DNA of 64,000 bases, taken from contig CAWGSJ010000005.1 of the NCBI GenBank assembly GCA_963825245.1, positions 93,608 through 157,607 on the forward strand, given 5' to 3'. Below, one piece after another: positions 37,022-46,412 of the stretch; within the stretch, counting starts at the first letter, position 1; each line of letters starts with the position of its first letter. Position numbers and translations under genes: made by a program. This stretch comes from an uncultured Acidobacteriota bacterium (GTDB lineage: Bacteria > Acidobacteriota > Vicinamibacteria > Vicinamibacterales > CAVVIG01). The notes under the pieces are model-generated. The model had not been told where the DNA came from, made no database searches, and saw nothing but the letters and a program-made list of their open reading frames with translations.

Positions 37022-38011
37022 ATGCGCACCGACAACCCGGAACTGGTGATTCTGCACGAGCATCCCGAGTGGCAGAAGCCGCTCTTCGCGGCGCTCGAGC
37101 GGCGCGGCATCCGCTTCCAGCCATTCGACCTGAAGCAAGCGGCGTTCAGCAACATCGAGGCACCGGCGGCGCCGCTCTACTTCAACCAGGCGAGCCCGAG
37201 CGCTTACGTACGCGGCCACGCACGAGCTGTCCCGCTCGCTCTCGCCTACATGCGGACTCTGGAACGCCGCGGCGCCCGCGTGCTGAACGGCGCCGACGTG
37301 TTCGCACTCGAGCTCAGCAAGAGCGCGCAGGCGACGCTGCTGCACACGCTCAACATCGACACACCGCGCTCGATCACGTTCAACGACGTTGCGGCGCTCG
37401 GCGCTCATGCCAACGAGGTGGGCTGGCCAGCGCTGTTGAAGCCCGACCAGGGCGGCAGCGGCGCGCGGATTCACGTCGTCGCGTCAATCGAAGAGGTCGA
37501 CAGGATTCTGGCGGCCGATCCCTCGCTCTGGCTGCCCGACAACCTCTTTCTGTTGCAGGAATACCTCGACCACGATCCCGAGGCGGGCATCGTGCGGCTC
37601 GAGTTCCTCGGCGGCGAGCTCCTGTACGCGATGCGGGTGAAGACGCACGGACGCTTCAACCTGTGTCCGTCCCCGGTGTGTAATCCCGAGGACGGGGAGG
37701 GACAGTGTGAGGTCCCCGCGCACCCGGAGCCGGCCGCCGCGCCGGTGGAGTTCTATCCGTTCCCGGAGGTGCCGCACGCCGCGGTCGAGACCGCCTCGCG
37801 GATCGTCCGGGCAGCGCGCCTGGACGTCGGCGGCATCGAATACCTGGAAACGACGGATGGCAGGCGCGTCTTCTACGACATCAACGCCAACTCGAATCTC
37901 CGGCCATCAGTCGCCGCGGCTTTCGGGTTCGATCCCTTCGAACGCGTCGTCGACTTCCTTCAGGACGAACTGCGGCGAACGGGCGTGAGCGTGGCCCGCA
38001 CCACTTCGTAG
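37022..38011 (+). CDS. ATP-grasp domain protein (RimK/glutathione-synthetase-like ligase)
   Basis: 329 aa. WPALLKPDQGGSGARIHVV...LLQEYLD...GIVRLEFLGGELLYAMRV...GGIEYLETTDGRRVFYDINANSN. A Cys-rich insert reads CPSPVCNPEDGEGQC. Confidence 0.75.
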   Translation: MRTDNPELVILHEHPEWQKPLFAALERRGIRFQPFDLKQAAFSNIEAPAAPLYFNQASPSAYVRGHARAVPLALAYMRTLERRGARVLNGADVFALELSKSAQATLLHTLNIDTPRSITFNDVAALGAHANEVGWPALLKPDQGGSGARIHVVASIEEVDRILAADPSLWLPDNLFLLQEYLDHDPEAGIVRLEFLGGELLYAMRVKTHGRFNLCPSPVCNPEDGEGQCEVPAHPEPAAAPVEFYPFPEVPHAAVETASRIVRAARLDVGGIEYLETTDGRRVFYDINANSNLRPSVAAAFGFDPFERVVDFLQDELRRTGVSVARTTS

Positions 38012-38019
38012 TCGTAGGT

Positions 38020-38577
38020 CTACTTTCGCCGGAAACACCCGACGGTATGGTCGTTCACGAGCCCGACGGCCTGCATGAACGCATAGCAGATCGTCGAGCC
38101 GACGAACGTGAATCCGCGGCGGCGCAGATCGCGGCTGAGCGCATCGGACTCTTCGGTGCGGGCCGGCACCATGCTCATCGCCTTCCAGGCATTCACGCGC
38201 GGCTTGCCGCCGACGAACCCCCACACGAACGCGTCGAAGCTGCCGAACTCGTCCTGGACTTTCCGGAACGCACGCGCGTTCCGGACGGTGCCTTCGATCT
38301 TGAGGCGGTTCCTCACGATGTCCGGATTCTGGAGCAGCCGTTCGACGCGGGCGGGCGTGAACCGCGCCACGACAGCCGGATCGAAGTTGGCGAACGCGGA
38401 TCGATAGCCGGCGCGCTTTCTCAGGATCGTTTCCCAGCTCAATCCTGCCTGGGCGCCCTCGAGCGTCAGGAACTCGAACAGCGTCCGATCGTCGTGCACC
38501 GGCACGCCCCATTCGCGGTCGTGATACTCCACGCTGAGCGGCGTCTGCGCCCAGGCGCACCTCGCGACGGTCTTCAT
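38020..38577 (-). CDS. tag: DNA-3-methyladenine glycosylase I
   Basis: 185 aa. CAWAQTPLSVEYHDREWGVPVHDDRTLFEFLTLEGAQAGLSWETILRKR...STICYAFMQAVGLVNDH is the Tag signature. Confidence 0.9.
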   Translation of the reverse strand: MKTVARCAWAQTPLSVEYHDREWGVPVHDDRTLFEFLTLEGAQAGLSWETILRKRAGYRSAFANFDPAVVARFTPARVERLLQNPDIVRNRLKIEGTVRNARAFRKVQDEFGSFDAFVWGFVGGKPRVNAWKAMSMVPARTEESDALSRDLRRRGFTFVGSTICYAFMQAVGLVNDHTVGCFRRK

Positions 38578-38684
38578 GCGACCCCACGGGCTTCGCCGAG
38601 CGCCACGACCATCACGAGAAGCCCCGCGATGATCAAGATCCGGGCGCGCCGACGCAAAGCGGACTCCGTCTGATCGAACACCAT
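38574..38684 (-). CDS. Possible 36-aa single-TM peptide (below the ORF-track length cut-off)
   Basis: MVFDQTESALRRRARILIIAGLLVMVVALGEARGVA*. Its ATG is 4 nt after the GNAT stop and its TGA overlaps the tag ATG (ATGA at 38574-38577). Confidence 0.35.
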   Translation of the reverse strand: MVFDQTESALRRRARILIIAGLLVMVVALGEARGVA

Positions 38685-38688
38685 CGCG

Positions 38689-39207
38689 TCAATCGGTCGG
38701 ACAGGCGGCGGCCAGGCGGCGCAGATCACGCCAGCCGTAGTTGCCGCTGACCGACTGGTCGGGATGCGGCAAGGGTTCTCCGCCGAGCGCTTCCCAGCAC
38801 GCGCATGCCGGATTCCGGGCGTCGCCGAACAGGACCATCGATTCGATCCCCTGACTCAGAAATCGCCGCGCGACGTGCCCCACCAGCCGGCGTCCGAAAC
38901 CCATGCGCTGGTATTCGGAAAGCAGATAGATCTTATTCAGTTCTCCGGCGAACGCGGGCAGATCGGCCTGGGCATAGTGCATGCCCTTGGCGAACCCGAT
39001 GAGCGCGCCATCGGAGCGCTCGATGACCAGGCAAAACCAGCTGCCGTCGGGATGACTGAACGTCTCACGCCACTGCCGCTCACGCAGCTCACAGGTGGGG
39101 CCGCCGCTTCGGCCGCCGCGGTGAGTGGCGTTCCACGTCGTCACGTGCAGGCGTGACAGCGCGGGGATGTCTGCTTCGGTCGCGTCGCGAATCGTCAGGT
39201 CGTTCAT
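38689..39207 (-). CDS. GNAT-family N-acetyltransferase
   Basis: The ATG at 39207 (MNDLTIRDATEADIPALSRLH) overlaps the NMO stop (ATGA). LLSEYQRMGFGRRLVGHVARRF is the acetyl-CoA-binding motif. Confidence 0.8.
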   Translation of the reverse strand: MNDLTIRDATEADIPALSRLHVTTWNATHRGGRSGGPTCELRERQWRETFSHPDGSWFCLVIERSDGALIGFAKGMHYAQADLPAFAGELNKIYLLSEYQRMGFGRRLVGHVARRFLSQGIESMVLFGDARNPACACWEALGGEPLPHPDQSVSGNYGWRDLRRLAAACPTD

Positions 39208-40249
39208 TTCGCCAGGAGGGCGGCGAGCTCGCGCGTCAGGACCGCCGCGGGAATTTCCCTGCACCCGCTCATATTCTGCCCGGCCCACAACGGCGAAAAG
39301 TCGCTGCTGCCCAGGCTTTCCGCTTTGGCGCGGAGCAGCGCGACCGCCGCCACGGCCAGCGGAAAGGCGGGAGCGGCTGTACTTATCGGACCGAGCTCGC
39401 GGATGATCCGGTTCATGATGCCGCGAGCCGGCCGACCGGTGAACACATTTGTCAGCGCCGTCACATGTGCCGCCTCGCTCTTGAGCGCCGCGCGATGGAT
39501 CGCGCTGGTCGTCGCTTCAGGACACAGCAGGTACGCGGTGCCGACCTGCACGCCGGCCGCGCCGAGGGCGATGGCGGCGCTGACGCCTTTCGCATCCGCG
39601 ATTCCGCCGGCAGCGATCACCGGAACATTCACCGCGTTGACGACTTGCGGCACCAGCGCCATCGTGCCGACCTGCGTGCTGAGGTCGTCGGTCAGGAACA
39701 GCGCCGCGGTGGCCGCCTGCCTCGAGACCCTGTGCGATGACCGCATCGACGCCGTGCGCCTCCAGCCAGCGCGCCTCGTCGACCGTCGTCGCGGATGAGA
39801 GGATCTTCGCGCCCCCGCTGCGAACCCGCGCCAGCAAGTCGGCCGAAGGCAGGCCGAAGTGAAAGCTCACGACCGGCAGGCCGGAATTCGCTCAACAGGT
39901 CGGCCACCTCGACGTCGAACGGCAGCCGGCCAGGACCGGCAGCAATCGCGCTCGCGTCGATTGCGAGCTCGGCGTAGTACGGCGCCAGCGCCGCGCGCCA
40001 GCGGGCGTCGCGTTCGGCGCTGACGTCCGGCTGCGCATGGCAGAAGAAGTTGACGTTGAACGGCTTCGTCGTCTGCGCGCGAATGGCGGCGAGCTCGCGG
40101 CGGATGCCGTCCAGGTCGAGCATCGCGCACGGAAGCGAGCCCAGGCCTCCGGCATTGGACACGGCGACCGCCAGCGCACTGCCCTGCACGCCGGCCATCG
40201 GCGCCTGGATGATCGGCAGATCGATCCCGAGGAGCTCCTGAAATGTCAT
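39204..40249 (-). pseudogene. Nitronate monooxygenase (NMO/2-nitropropane dioxygenase family), two frame breaks (~39880, ~39700)
   Basis: MTFQELLGIDLPIIQAPMAGVQGSALAVAVSNAGGLGSL..., then [13 protein letters not shown]...[11 protein letters not shown] in a second frame, then [24 protein letters not shown]...TNVFTGRPARG in a third. Confidence 0.85.
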
Positions 40250-40750
40250 GGCACGCTGAGAGGCAAGGACGATCGTCCCGACTCGCTTGTCGTGCCGCAC
40301 ACGGCGATCAGCCAGAAGGCCGCCGCTGATCCTCCACCGGCAACCACACCCATCGCCGCGCGAACGAGGAAGCCCGAGACACCGTACCAGTTGCGCCCGA
40401 TCTCTGGGACGGGAGTTCCGGACACCAGCTGCACCAAGATGATGCCAATGACGATCAGGACGAACGGCAGGTTTCCAAGGACGGCGCCGAGTGCGACGAG
40501 CCGGCCGAACGTCAGCCATCTCTTTCGGTTCAGCCACAGCACGCCGGGCACCGTCCGCAATCAAGGTCATGGGCACCGCGATGATCATCACGCCCGCGAA
40601 CATCGCCTGTACGGCGTCCACGGAATGGATCGGAACGCCCTGCGGCAGGAATCCGCCATGCCAGAACACCTCGTAGGCCCCCAGCGAGATCAGCGCCGCG
40701 GCGAACGGAACGACGGCAAACCCGAGCAGCATGCGACCTCTGAGAGGCAT
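40246..40750 (-). pseudogene. Hypothetical membrane protein (or C-terminal TM extension of the ankyrin protein), frame break near 40555
   Basis: MPLRGRMLLGFAVVPFAAALISLGAYEVFWHGG...AGVMIIAVPMTLIA continues in another frame as VLWLNRKRWLTFGRLVALGAVLGNLPFVLIVIGIILVQ...AAFWLIAVCG. No stop separates it from the ankyrin frame, so a fusion cannot be excluded. Confidence 0.4.
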
Positions 40751-42108
40751 CGACGCGCTCCTGACGGCGCACACGCTCCCGAAGGAGCTCGTCGACTTCG
40801 GCGTAGCCGGAGGGATACGAACGATGTCTCGGATCGACGCACCAGCCGCGAGCAGCGTCGCCACGGACTCAGGTGACCGGCGGTCGCGCCAGTACGAGTC
40901 GACACAGGCGCGCACGGCAAGCATCAAGGGCGTGCGTCCTTTGCCGTCCGGCACGTCGACCGGCGCGCCGCGCTCGATGAGCAATTTCACGGTCGAGTGC
41001 CGCGCGCGCCAGGCGGCGACGTGAAGCGCGGTGCTTTTCTTCGCTACCCCCCAATACCCGTCACCTTCCTCGTCGACCGCGGCGACATCGGCCCCGAGAT
41101 CGAGCAGGTGCCTCACGCCCTCTGTATTCCCGACGCCGGCGAACTCGCCAGAGCAGCTTGCCCGCCTGCGCCGAAATCTGTTGCGCGAGTTCCGGCTCGC
41201 CGGCGACGAGCGTATGAACCTGGCTCGCGTCATGTCTGGCACAGGCGGCCAGCAGCCTGTCGACGCCCTCGAGCACGATCGGAATGCTCCGCCGTGCGAA
41301 CAGATCGAGCACGTCGCCGCGCCCTTCGCGCGCGGCCATCGCGGCCGCCGAGCCGCCATGGCCGGACAGGCTCGGGTCGGCGCCGTGATCCAGCAGCAGC
41401 TCGATGATCTGAAGATCGTTGTCGCGACGGAGCGCGTGGTGCAGCGCCGCATTCCCCCACCTGGTCAGGCGATTTGGATCGGCGCCGTGCTCGAGGAGCA
41501 GCTTGACGCCTTCGCGATCGTGCCAGTCGTGCTTGCGCAGAAGAAGCGTGGCGAGGCTGTCGCCGGTCAGCTTGCCTGTGCCGATCAGGAGATTCAATAC
41601 CTCGTTGTCGTAGGTTTCGGGCGTGTGGTAGGCGACCTCGTCGTCGTTTGGATCGGCGCCGTGCTCGAGGAGCACGCGAGTCACGCCGGGATGATGCGCC
41701 ACGCCGGCCGCGCCGTACAAAACACTTTCGAATTCCGGCTGCGGCTGATGCTCGGCCGAATAGAAGCCGGTGTTCGCACTCGCGCCGGCGTCGAGCAGCG
41801 CCTGGGCCGCCCCGACGAATCCAGCAGATCGAGTCCGATCGAGCCTGAGGTATCGCGAGAAACAAAGGTGCGTCAGCGCATCCCAGCCGCGCGGACCGCC
41901 CTTTGCCGTCGCGCTACCAGCATCGAGCTCCAGGAAACGCCGCACTGCCCGTTCGTCGCCGAGAATCGCCGCCGCATGGACGTTGACGTTCGCGAGATCG
42001 GGATGTGCGGACAGGATCTGCCTGCGCCCGCTCGAGGGTGCCCGTCGCGTGCCCGCTGTCCAGCGGGACGCAGGCCGCTTCGATGAAGTCGGCAAAGGCG
42101 TCGGTCAT
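40751..42108 (-). pseudogene. Ankyrin-repeat protein, frame breaks near 42015 and 41150; 3' boundary unresolved
   Basis: The ATG at 42108 (MTDAFADFIEAACVPLDSGHATGTLERAQ) overlaps the kinase stop. Ankyrin units follow: VTRVLLEHGADPND, GVKLLLEHGADPNR, NAALHHALRRDNDLQIIELLLDHGADPS, TEGVRHLLDLGADV, TALHVAAWRARHSTVKLLIERGAPVD. Confidence 0.75.
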
Positions 42109-42851
42109 GGCACGAACGGCCTCGGACGCTTCAGCCGTTTCCACAGGAACGCGACAAACGCCGCGCGGCGCCGGCGCCTGGCCTCTTCTCCGTCCTCTGC
42201 CAGCAGGTCGTCGGGGATCGCATCCACCGTCGACTGCAGGACGTCGCGACCCACGCGATGAGTGAGCCGTTCGTCCACGAGTCCAAGCCGCGTGGCGCGG
42301 CTGTACAGCGCGTGGTTCGCCGCCGGCCAGCCACATGCTCTCGGCGACTGCTCGGTCACTCGGGACCAGGCATGCTGAAATCCAAGGCTCGCCCCGTGGT
42401 CGATGAGCCACAGCTGTCCGTGCGACCAGATCAGGTTCGGGTTCTTCGTCGTCCGATCGGGGTTTTGGACGAGCCCGTCCAGCCACACGATGCTCGATGC
42501 CTGATCCGGATCGACGCGCGCCGCATCGACCGCGTGGAAAGGTTGAACACCCGGGAGCACCTGGAATCCGAGATTCATCCCGACGCTCGCACGAACCAGC
42601 CGGCGAAGTTCTTGATGCGGATCGTCGATGCAGACATCGGACCGGATCTCGATGAGCACGCGCGCCGGAACCGGCAACTCGAGCGCATCCGCCAGGCCGC
42701 CGACGACGATCTCGGCCACCAGGCTGGCCGGCGCCTGCGCGGCACCCCGCAGCTTGGTGTAGAAAATCCCTGCATCGGTCTCGACCAGCACCGGCCACGA
42801 GCTGCCGGCCCGATCGGACCGAAGCACGCGTCGAGCGGCATAGACCTGCAT
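42105..42851 (-). CDS. HipA_2-type (HipA-like) putative kinase
   Basis: 248 aa. SWPVLVETDAGIFYTKLRGAAQAPASLVAEIVVGGLADALELPVP...IVWLDGLVQNPDRTTKNPNLIWSHGQLWLIDHGASLGF. The NxDRxxxN catalytic loop followed by IDHGA resembles HipA-family kinases. This is a call from memory, not a search. Confidence 0.55.
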   Translation of the reverse strand: MQVYAARRVLRSDRAGSSWPVLVETDAGIFYTKLRGAAQAPASLVAEIVVGGLADALELPVPARVLIEIRSDVCIDDPHQELRRLVRASVGMNLGFQVLPGVQPFHAVDAARVDPDQASSIVWLDGLVQNPDRTTKNPNLIWSHGQLWLIDHGASLGFQHAWSRVTEQSPRACGWPAANHALYSRATRLGLVDERLTHRVGRDVLQSTVDAIPDDLLAEDGEEARRRRRAAFVAFLWKRLKRPRPFVP

Positions 42852-43117
42852 CAGCTCGACGAAGGCTCCTCGGCGTCTTCGGCGAGGCGGAACGCTCCCG
42901 CTTCAGCCGAATCGAGGAGGGATCGCGCGCGGTCCGCGTCGGCCTCACGCACGTAGATCTCGACGGCGCCGAGGCCGTCGAGCATGAACCCATGTGTGTT
43001 TCGCAACGACTCGCCGCGCTCGACAGCAGCGATACCGGCCGCCTCGAGGAACGCGCGAACCTGCTGCGCCTGCATCTCGCCGTTGGCGACGAATACGCAG
43101 CGCAACGTTTCATTCAT
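42851..43117 (-). CDS. DUF2007-like small protein (putative signal-transducing, PII-like fold)
   Basis: 88 aa. VFVANGEMQAQQVRAFLEAAGIAAVERGE...VEIYVREADADRARSLL. Its stop overlaps the kinase start (TGATG at 42849-42853). Confidence 0.45.
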   Translation of the reverse strand: MNETLRCVFVANGEMQAQQVRAFLEAAGIAAVERGESLRNTHGFMLDGLGAVEIYVREADADRARSLLDSAEAGAFRLAEDAEEPSSS

Positions 43118-43226
43118 GGGGCCGACTCCATCTCCTGCCTCGCGAACTCCGCCAACTTGACCGCAAGAATCGGATAGCGGCCTCGCCGGTCTCGATCATA
43201 CGCTTTCCCTCCGACGCCACAGGAGA

Positions 43227-43703
43227 GTGCCAATGATCATGTTTCGCTTCAAGGGAATTCCGGATGCGGTGGCAGCTGAAGTCCGGAAGACGATGCGGGC
43301 GCCGGGGTACGGCCACCCCGCTCATCGCGAAGTGGCCCAGGGGTCGGGACCGTGCCGCCAGTGCCTGAGAACATTTGCGATCGGCACCGAGGAACGGATC
43401 CTGTTCACGTATCAGCCGTTCCGCGAGCCCGGCAGCCTACCGGCGCCGGGACCGGTCTTCATTCACGCCGAGGCGTGTTCACACTACGACGATGTGGCGC
43501 TGCCGCCTGATTTTCGCGCGCTGCCGCTCGTGTTCGAAGCATATCGGGACGGCGGACGGCTGGTGGCGCAGGAGCGGGTCGGAGATCGGAACCCGGATCA
43601 GATTCTCAAAGGGATGTTCGACCTGGACGGAGTCGACTACGTTCACGTGCGCAACGGCGACGCCGGCTGCTTCATGGCCCGCGTGGAAAGCACGTTGCCG
43701 TAG
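43227..43703 (+). CDS. DUF1203-domain protein
   Basis: 158 aa. GSGPCRQCLRTFAIGTEERILFTYQPF...PGPVFIHAEAC...VHVRNGDAGCFMARV is the pattern I associate with DUF1203. Confidence 0.55.
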   Translation: MPMIMFRFKGIPDAVAAEVRKTMRAPGYGHPAHREVAQGSGPCRQCLRTFAIGTEERILFTYQPFREPGSLPAPGPVFIHAEACSHYDDVALPPDFRALPLVFEAYRDGGRLVAQERVGDRNPDQILKGMFDLDGVDYVHVRNGDAGCFMARVESTLP

Positions 43704-43713
43704 TCGTTGCGCT

Positions 43714-44664
43714 CTATTGCGGACTTGACGCCTGCTTCCGCGCGGCCTCGGCCTGTCCGCCGCGCAAGGCGTTAGGAAGGCTGTAATTCCCCTCGTGGCA
43801 GCCGTACTCGAACATTTGAACGTCGTGGCGGGTCATCGAGAACTCACCGGTCCATGGCTGTGTGTACAGGCTGGCATCCTCGACGGTATATCGATAGACC
43901 AACTCCGTGTCAGATACGCGTGTAAACCATTCCGTGATCCGGCTGTCGGGGCTGAGCAGCAGCGGCCGGCCGGCCAACGTTCGCGCCGGGTCGTCGGTTC
44001 GCAGGTTCGTCGTGCGCACGACCAGCGTGTCGCCGTCCCAGCTTCCCACCGAATAGCCGCCGATGGTGCGGATCGAATCGGGCATGCTCCCGGCCTTCAG
44101 ACGAATCAGTCGCGAGCCGGGCACATCTTCGTTGGAGATCACAACGTAATCCGCCGTCTGCACGATCTGCCGCGGAAGAAAGACCGGCACCGTGCGTATT
44201 GGCGGGTAGCCCAGGTTCTCGAGGCACCGTTCGGCCAACGGCCGCTCTTCCGGGTTGTCGAATTGCTGCTCGTTACGAGCGCTGACCTTCGCGACAAGGT
44301 CCAGGCCCGCTTTCGTGTACGGCAATCTGCCGTTCGCGGGGTCGACGATGAGCGAGGTGCGGTACTGACCCTTCACCATCGCGAGCTGACTGATGTCGTG
44401 GACGAAGACATCGGGATCGACGAGCCCGGACATCTTGCCGCGAATGGCCGCGACGAGCTTCTCGGCCTGCTCCGGCGTGGCCACCAGGCCGTCGACACCC
44501 GGCAGCCGCTCGAGCATCGTGAGAAATGCCGTCGCCCAGATGCCCTGAAAGTCCGGGTGGCCATGCTCGGTCCGAGGCACCTTGTAAGGCCTCGGCTGCT
44601 GCGCGAGAGCAGCGGTCGATGCGACGGACGCCAGAAGCGCCGCCAGGGTCAGACGCAGATACAT
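43714..44664 (-). CDS. Conserved hypothetical secreted protein (paralog of 52894-53817)
   Basis: Start at ATG 44664 (MYLRLTLAALLASVASTAALAQ). It shares PRTEHGHPDFQGIWAT, RPLAERCLENLGYPP, IGGYSVGSWDGDTLVV and EYGCHEGNYSLPN with the paralog. Confidence 0.7.
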   Translation of the reverse strand: MYLRLTLAALLASVASTAALAQQPRPYKVPRTEHGHPDFQGIWATAFLTMLERLPGVDGLVATPEQAEKLVAAIRGKMSGLVDPDVFVHDISQLAMVKGQYRTSLIVDPANGRLPYTKAGLDLVAKVSARNEQQFDNPEERPLAERCLENLGYPPIRTVPVFLPRQIVQTADYVVISNEDVPGSRLIRLKAGSMPDSIRTIGGYSVGSWDGDTLVVRTTNLRTDDPARTLAGRPLLLSPDSRITEWFTRVSDTELVYRYTVEDASLYTQPWTGEFSMTRHDVQMFEYGCHEGNYSLPNALRGGQAEAARKQASSPQ

Positions 44665-44803
44665 GTTCGTCCTCCGGGGGAGAGTTACATCATCGCGCCG
44701 ACCATCGACGGCCGCAAGACCGCTGACGCGCCGATACCGCACGTCCTCGCTCGGTCTGGCGTCCGATTATCTGGTGTCGCACACCGTTGGGGCGTTACAT
44801 CCG

Positions 44804-44831
44804 CGACTACCGACTACTGACTACCGACTAT
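44804..44831 (-). repeat. Tandem heptanucleotide array, (GTAGTCG)4 on the minus strand
   Basis: Plus strand: CGACTAC CGACTAC TGACTAC CGACTAT. It supplies the last codons and the TAG stop (44814-44816) of the DinB gene. Confidence 0.8.
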
Positions 44832-45293
44832 TAGCGGTTCGTCGGCGCTCGGCCCATAGATCTGCGGGACGGTCGACCCCATCGGCCGCAAGTACGTCGT
44901 GATCTGGCCGCGGTGATGGACGATGTCGAACAGGAAACTCCAGGCCATCGGAGATGCGGGCCGCGAGCTGCCAAAGAACTCGAGGGTGCCCGTCCAGCGC
45001 TCCGCCGGCAACGCCCGCCATCGCTCGGCCATCCCGGCGCTCTGCCGCTCGTACGCTTCCAGCACCTCTTTCATCGTCGCCGGCAGCGGCGGCGGCGCCC
45101 ACGCCGCGCTGCCGCTTTCCATGGCGTCGATGATCATCTTTTCCTCGCAGACGATCTGCCACGCGATCTGCTGAGCCGTTCTCGACTTCGGGTCGGGGCG
45201 GTAGCTCGAGCCCTCCGGGATCCGCGCGAGGACGTTGCGCGTGGTCTTCGATTCGTTGGTCCAGAATTCGGTGAAGAGCGACTTTTCGTCCAT
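44814..45293 (-). CDS. DinB-family protein
   Basis: 159 aa. FWTNESKTTRNVLARIP...AWQIVCEEKMIID...FLFDIVHHRGQITTYLRPMG. The last 5-6 codons (LIVGSQ) are encoded by the heptad array. Confidence 0.75.
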   Translation of the reverse strand: MDEKSLFTEFWTNESKTTRNVLARIPEGSSYRPDPKSRTAQQIAWQIVCEEKMIIDAMESGSAAWAPPPLPATMKEVLEAYERQSAGMAERWRALPAERWTGTLEFFGSSRPASPMAWSFLFDIVHHRGQITTYLRPMGSTVPQIYGPSADEPLIVGSQ

Positions 45294-45311
45294 GATGACA
45301 GTTCCTTGCGC

Positions 45312-45336
45312 GCCGACCCTACAAGGGTCGGCCTAT
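45312..45336 (-). repeat. REP-like palindromic element (ATAG head variant)
   Basis: GCCGACCC-TACAA-GGGTCGGC-CTAT. The CTA at 45333-45335 is the TAG stop of the upstream lipoprotein-like gene. Confidence 0.65.
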
Positions 45337-46031
45337 TGATCGGCCCGGTACACGAGGCCGTCGGTCGTGTGGCGGGACCAGTGATGTCCGAGATATCCGC
45401 CGGCGGCCACGGATCCTGCCAGCACCAGCCAGGCCACGCCTTCCGACGCGCCGCCGAGAGCGGGAATCACGCCGACGGAGAAGCCAAGCCAGGCGCCAAT
45501 CACGCTTCCCGCGACCGAGCCGCGCACGACGACGGGCCCTTCGATCAGCCTCACGCTGCTTCGCGCACTGGTTTCGATGACCTCGTCGAACGCGGCGATT
45601 CTGCGTTCGTCGACGAAGAGTCCGTCGCGGCCGATGCGGACGCGGCCCTGCTGGAACGCTCCTCCGTTCCGCAGCGCGACCAGGCGTTCGGGGTTGTGAG
45701 CCGCCATGTCGCGCAGCGTACGCGCCGCCTCCGGGGGCAGCGCGGCCGCCCCCAGGTTGAGCGCGATCACATTGGATTCGTCTGCTGCCACGAACTGGCG
45801 GCTGCGCGCCTGCGAACCCTGGAGCGTCACGAAGATTTCCGCCGCAGGCGCAAGCTGTCGGACGCGGGACCAATCGGTTTCCGACGCCCCGGCTGCCAGC
45901 GTCGAGCCGAGCTGTGCGGGGCCCCGCGCCGTCGCACACCCGCCCGAGATCGCGGCAATCAGACATGCGGCGATCGCCTTGTTCACAACGCGGCCGGCGT
46001 GCGTCACGGCGTTCGTCACGGCCTTTGTCAC
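45333..46031 (-). CDS. Hypothetical envelope protein (possible lipoprotein) with C-terminal glycine-zipper segment
   Basis: 232 aa. The N-terminus has AIAACLIAAISGGC. The C-terminus reads GSVAGSVIGAWLGFSVGVIPALGGASEGVAWLVLAGSVAAGGYLG. I recognised no family. Confidence 0.55.
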   Translation of the reverse strand: MTKAVTNAVTHAGRVVNKAIAACLIAAISGGCATARGPAQLGSTLAAGASETDWSRVRQLAPAAEIFVTLQGSQARSRQFVAADESNVIALNLGAAALPPEAARTLRDMAAHNPERLVALRNGGAFQQGRVRIGRDGLFVDERRIAAFDEVIETSARSSVRLIEGPVVVRGSVAGSVIGAWLGFSVGVIPALGGASEGVAWLVLAGSVAAGGYLGHHWSRHTTDGLVYRADQ

Positions 46032-46402
46032 ATTGGCGGCAGCTGGAACTGTGGATTCTCGATCAAGCCAATCATGTTGCCGAACGGATCCGTCACCTCC
46101 GCCACCCGGATGCCGCCGCCGACGTCCTGGATCGGCGCACGAAGAAGCGCGCCCGCCTTCTGAAAGTGATCGACAGCGCGAGCGATGTCAGCGACCCGCC
46201 AGTACGCGACGCCGCCGCCCGGCCCCGGCCGGGCCACGCTGTGGTCCGGGTTCAGCCCGAGCTCGTAGCCGGCGATGTTGAAGCCGACATAGAACGGTTC
46301 GTCGAAGTACGGCTGCTGCTCGAACGCGGTGGCGTACCACGCCTTCGCCCGGTCGAGATCGGAAACATGGTAGATGACCGTCGCGAGACCCTGCACCGTC
46401 AC
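46028..46402 (-). CDS. VOC-family (glyoxalase-like) protein
   Basis: 124 aa. LATVIYHVSDLDRAKAWYATAF...VAYWRVADIARAVDHF...VTDPFGNMIGLIENP. The stop overlaps the next start. Confidence 0.8.
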   Translation of the reverse strand: MTVQGLATVIYHVSDLDRAKAWYATAFEQQPYFDEPFYVGFNIAGYELGLNPDHSVARPGPGGGVAYWRVADIARAVDHFQKAGALLRAPIQDVGGGIRVAEVTDPFGNMIGLIENPQFQLPPM

Positions 46403-46412
46403 GAACCCTCCT

